From positions 448,001 through 512,000 of the forward strand of contig CAVWGN010000001.1 in NCBI GenBank assembly GCA_963754655.1: a stretch of DNA of 64,000 nucleotides. Reading direction: 5' to 3'. The position numbers were made by a program, and so were the translations under genes. The notes below the pieces were generated by a model that was given only the letters and a program-made list of their open reading frames with translations, ran no database searches and had not been told where the DNA came from. The stretch is from an uncultured Chlamydiae bacterium. Its GTDB lineage: Bacteria > Chlamydiota > Chlamydiia > Chlamydiales > Parachlamydiaceae. Below are positions 60,243 through 64,000 of this stretch, piece after piece. Within the stretch, counting starts at the first letter, position 1. The number at the start of each line of letters is the position of its first letter.

Positions 60243-62255
60243 ATGAATATTTTACCTTTCTTACTTCCTTTAGCAGGATTGCTTTTTCTATCGTTTCTTC
60301 AAACGCTGGAAGCTCAACATTCAGACTCTCCCAATTATCTTTTTGAAGAGGGTGAACTCATTTTTCCTTCCGATCAATTTAAAAAAGAGGCCAATTTACA
60401 GTCATGGGCGCTTTTCAATGAAGCGCGAGACAATAGAGAGGCATTTTGGGCCAAGCAAGCGCAATGTCTGCATTGGTTTCGTACTTGGGAGCGCGTCTTG
60501 GAATGGAATCCTCCCTATGCCAAGTGGTTTGTGGGCGGGAAGCTAAATGCGTGCTACAATTGTTTAGATAGGCATATGCAATCGGCGATTCGTGATAAAG
60601 CTGCCCTCATTTGGGAGGGAGAAAGAGGCGAAGAAAGGACATTGACCTATGCACAGCTCTATCAAGAGGTTAATCAATTTAGCAATGTTTTGAAATCGTT
60701 GGGCATTCAAAAGGGAGATAAGGTAGTCATTTATCTTCCTCTGATTCCTGAGGCAGCTGTTGCAATGCTGAGCTGCGCACGCATTGGTGCCGTGCATACA
60801 GTTGTGTTTGGAGGTTTTTCTGCAGAGGCTTTAAAAGATCGTATCTTAGATGCAGAAGCCAAGCTTGTCATTACAGCGGATGGGGGATTTCGCAAAGGGA
60901 AGATTGTTCCTCTTAAAGAAGCCGCTGATTTAGCAGCTAAAGAATGCCCTTGCGTGCAGAATGTCATTGTTATTAAACATACTCAGCAACCTATTCCTAT
61001 GCAGAAAGGACGAGATCATTGGTATGATGCCTTAATGAATCATGCTCAACCTTTCTGCCCTGCCGAAGAAATGGATGCCGAAGATGTGCTCTACATTCTT
61101 TATACTTCGGGCACAACAGGTAAGCCTAAGGGCATTGTACACACAACAGGTGGCTACATGGTGGGAGTGACAATGACCACCCGTTGGGTTTTCGATATCA
61201 AGCCTTCTGACATTTACTGGTGTACAGCTGATATTGGTTGGGTGACCGGCCATAGCTATGTGGTTTATGGTCCTCTTTCCAATGGAATGACACAGCTGAT
61301 GTATGAAGGAGCTCCTGATTGGCCGCAAAGAGATCGCTTTTGGAAGCTAATTGAAAAATACAAAGTCAGCATTCTTTACACCGCTCCTACTGCGATTCGT
61401 ACCTTCATGAAATGGGGAGAAGAGTGGTTAAAAGGCAGCAACCTCTCTTCATTGCGGCTGCTGGGATCCGTGGGAGAGCCTATCAATCCACAAGCATGGA
61501 TGTGGTATTATACGCATGTGGGACAAGAAAAATGTCCTGTGATTGACACTTGGTGGCAAACGGAAACAGGCAGTATTATGATTGCTCCTATTCCGGGGTT
61601 GACAGCTCTTAAACCGGGTAGCGCAACGCTTCCTTTACCAGGAGTAGATGTGGCAATTCTAAATGAACAGGGCGAACATTCCTCTTCAGGCTTGCTTGCC
61701 ATCACTTCTCCTTGGCCTTCGATGCTAAGAGATGTTCATAAAGATCCTAAGCGATATGAAGACACTTATTGGAAAAAGTGGGAGGGTCGTTATTATTTTA
61801 CTGGCGATGGGGCTAAGCAAGATGTAGATGGCTATTTTTGGCTCATGGGACGTGTCGATGATGTGATGAATATCTCTGGTCATCGCATTGGTACAATGGA
61901 AGTGGAAAGCGCTTTTGTCGATCATCGCAGCGTGGCAGAAGCGGCAGTGATTGGAATTTCTCATCCAATTAAAGGACAAGCAATTGCGGCTTTTGTGACT
62001 CTTAAAGAGGAGTTTTATTCTAGCAAAGAATTGGAAGAGGAGCTCAAGCAACATATTGTTAATAAAATTGGCGCTATTGCACGGCCAGAAAAAATAATTT
62101 TCATCTACGATCTTCCGAAAACACGAAGTGGGAAAATCATGCGTCGCCTTCTTCGTGATATTGCTGAAGGAAGGATTTTAGGAGATGTCACGACTTTATC
62201 CGATCCAGCAGTCATTAATGAAATTAAAAGCAAATACGACGATGAAGCAATTTGA
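60243..62255 (+). CDS. acs: Acetyl-CoA synthetase (AMP-forming) with signal-peptide-like extension
   Basis: YTSGTTGKPKG, WCTADIGWVTGHSY, DTWWQTETG, LPKTRSGKIMRR. Confidence 0.96.
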   Translation: MNILPFLLPLAGLLFLSFLQTLEAQHSDSPNYLFEEGELIFPSDQFKKEANLQSWALFNEARDNREAFWAKQAQCLHWFRTWERVLEWNPPYAKWFVGGKLNACYNCLDRHMQSAIRDKAALIWEGERGEERTLTYAQLYQEVNQFSNVLKSLGIQKGDKVVIYLPLIPEAAVAMLSCARIGAVHTVVFGGFSAEALKDRILDAEAKLVITADGGFRKGKIVPLKEAADLAAKECPCVQNVIVIKHTQQPIPMQKGRDHWYDALMNHAQPFCPAEEMDAEDVLYILYTSGTTGKPKGIVHTTGGYMVGVTMTTRWVFDIKPSDIYWCTADIGWVTGHSYVVYGPLSNGMTQLMYEGAPDWPQRDRFWKLIEKYKVSILYTAPTAIRTFMKWGEEWLKGSNLSSLRLLGSVGEPINPQAWMWYYTHVGQEKCPVIDTWWQTETGSIMIAPIPGLTALKPGSATLPLPGVDVAILNEQGEHSSSGLLAITSPWPSMLRDVHKDPKRYEDTYWKKWEGRYYFTGDGAKQDVDGYFWLMGRVDDVMNISGHRIGTMEVESAFVDHRSVAEAAVIGISHPIKGQAIAAFVTLKEEFYSSKELEEELKQHIVNKIGAIARPEKIIFIYDLPKTRSGKIMRRLLRDIAEGRILGDVTTLSDPAVINEIKSKYDDEAI

Positions 62256-62355
62256 AATCATGGCTTAAAAATTAAATATTTGTAGGATTGATTTTTTTTA
62301 TAGACATTCAATTACGATTACCTGATTAACCAATGATTATTTTTTCCTGAAGAAG

Positions 62356-62862
62356 ATGCTACACATTCTTGTTTTCTTAGCTTCTGTGGTTTGTCAACAC
62401 TTATTTGCCGAACCTCAAATTTTAAACTTAGCTCATTTTTCTTTAGAAAATTCAACAGAAGCTTCTCTTCTTTCTTTACAAGGCCAAATCATCCAAGTAA
62501 GAGGATTTTGGTATCCCTTGTCTCCTCAAGAAGGCATTTTGGCTCCTCAGCCGCATTTAAAAAGCTGTTGCGTGCGTGCACCAACTACTATTCAACAACA
62601 GCTCCTTGTTAGAGGTGCCGTAGACTCACTTTCCGCTCAAAGAGCTGTAACAGTAGAAGGGATGTTTAAAATCGATCCTCGTTATAATTCAAAGGGCGAG
62701 CTGATTCAATTATTCATATTGGAGCAAGCTAGAGAAAGGTCACAAACATCTTTGTACTTTAGCCCGATGATTCTTGGTATTGTTATGGTTCTTTTATCTG
62801 TTGGATTCATTTTTTTTAAACGCAAGTTCGGTCCATCTACAAAAGCTGGTGCTCGTTTATAG
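62356..62862 (+). CDS. Exported, membrane-anchored hypothetical protein with CC motif
   Basis: Signal peptide, IQVRGF..P, KSCCV, C-terminal TM followed by KRK. Confidence 0.6.
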   Translation: MLHILVFLASVVCQHLFAEPQILNLAHFSLENSTEASLLSLQGQIIQVRGFWYPLSPQEGILAPQPHLKSCCVRAPTTIQQQLLVRGAVDSLSAQRAVTVEGMFKIDPRYNSKGELIQLFILEQARERSQTSLYFSPMILGIVMVLLSVGFIFFKRKFGPSTKAGARL

Positions 62863-62923
62863 ATGTCCCCCCGGGGAACATCTTTTGCATAAAGTTTTAA
62901 ATCTATCTGTTTGTCTATAGGGT

Positions 62924-64000
62924 TTAATGTATGTGATTAATTTTCGTAATCTTTTGTTTTAAATGTGCAATTTCTTGGGAAAAATCAATTTGCTTGCCAT
63001 AACGTTCAAAAAAGTTCTCAAAGAAGCTTAATTGATTTTCATATCCTTTTTTTAAATTCCAATGGTTTAAGTGACAAATTTTTGCCATATCTTGACTACA
63101 AAAAGTCAGGGGAGCTTGATCAGCTTCTTGTAAACTGTTAGCCCCTTGCATATTACAAACATATTGCGTACAATGAGAAATACCCCGCATATGAGAAAAT
63201 TCATGCGTGGCGAGTCTCATCAAGCGTTTGAGAGTCTGTTCAAAATTTTTTGTCCTCATTCGATGAATAGAAAAAAGCCCGCACGCCTGTTCAAGAATTC
63301 CCACTCCAAAAATAAAATTAATGTCATCCGCGTAAGCATAGGGATAAAGATCTTGGTCAGTAAAACCAAGGAAAAAGCTATTTGCAGGTAAGAGGCTTTG
63401 AAGCTTTGCTAAATGGGGTTCGATAGGATATTGTGGATGAGGACGATGACGGACGTGGGCATCATCTAAGGTTAAAGGAGTAAGATCTAACATTGTATCA
63501 AGACCGTGGAATGCTTGTAAATAATCACACACAATTTCTAATATTTGACGGTCTCTAGGAGAAATTTCTCCAAACACAACAACTTTGAGGTGTGTGCGAG
63601 GGGCATTGAGTTGGGTTTCAGGGGCTATTTTAAAAGCTTCTAGCGTTTGCTCTCTTTCATTATACCCTAATCCCTTCTTCCAACTATTAAGTGTTGCAAG
63701 CCTATCAGCTTGTGTTGCTTGTACCATTTGTTGCTGCAAAGAATCTTCAGTCCATATTCCATCGGAGTCGAGAGTGTTTTTTGTTTGATCTGGCAAGCTA
63801 TCATCCCCTCTCTCTTCTTCTTCTACATTAAAAGTATCATTTCCTTGTTCCTTCAAAGGGGTAGCCATTAAGTAATAGCGATAGGTGATATAGCAAGCAG
63901 CCAGAAAGCTAAAAGCAGCTGCTGCAACAATAAGAATTGTCCTTTGTCGAATCGTTAAAGAAGAAAGAATAGTTTCTTTAAATAAAAAAGGATTTATTAA
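62924..64000 (-). CDS. Archaemetzincin (M54) zinc metalloprotease with N-terminal TM segment (5' partial)
   Basis: TDQDLYP, FIFG, HEFSHMRGISHC..YVCNMQGANS..E.D..P..FC; frame stays open from 63868 to the window end. Confidence 0.88.
   Translation of the reverse strand, partial: LINPFLFKETILSSLTIRQRTILIVAAAAFSFLAACYITYRYYLMATPLKEQGNDTFNVEEEERGDDSLPDQTKNTLDSDGIWTEDSLQQQMVQATQADRLATLNSWKKGLGYNEREQTLEAFKIAPETQLNAPRTHLKVVVFGEISPRDRQILEIVCDYLQAFHGLDTMLDLTPLTLDDAHVRHRPHPQYPIEPHLAKLQSLLPANSFFLGFTDQDLYPYAYADDINFIFGVGILEQACGLFSIHRMRTKNFEQTLKRLMRLATHEFSHMRGISHCTQYVCNMQGANSLQEADQAPLTFCSQDMAKICHLNHWNLKKGYENQLSFFENFFERYGKQIDFSQEIAHLKQKITKINHIH

Overview
AT-rich chromosomal window, most likely from an environmental chlamydia (Parachlamydiaceae-like). 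This is inferred from the gene order rpsB-tsf...pyrH-frr-tRNA-Glu-tRNA-Lys-mcsA-mcsB and from the chlamydia-like hypothetical proteins. Housekeeping genes are interspersed with accessory DNA. (1) About 15 kb separates tsf from pyrH and carries a collagen-like protein, a 17-domain Ig-repeat giant protein, a TPR protein and a broken Y1/REP-type transposase. (2) A DUF692 (MNIO)/DUF2063 RiPP-type locus has two long, secreted, Gly/Ser/Asn-rich candidate precursors that share a GCAA-x(1-3)-GC motif. (3) A glycan-modification region of about 20 kb encodes two Gmd, RmlB, a eukaryote-type NRS/ER, methyltransferases, glycosyltransferases and an acetyl-CoA synthetase. Nearly all of these carry N-terminal signal-peptide-like extensions although most are normally cytoplasmic. 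(4) At least three families of 300-700 bp non-coding palindromic elements are present. Two show 9-bp target duplications, one repeatedly sits inside REP hairpins, and their arms share copy-specific mutations. (5) There are relics of IS66, IS701-like, IS630, ISAs1 and IS605 elements. All calls come from reading motifs by eye; no database search was run.
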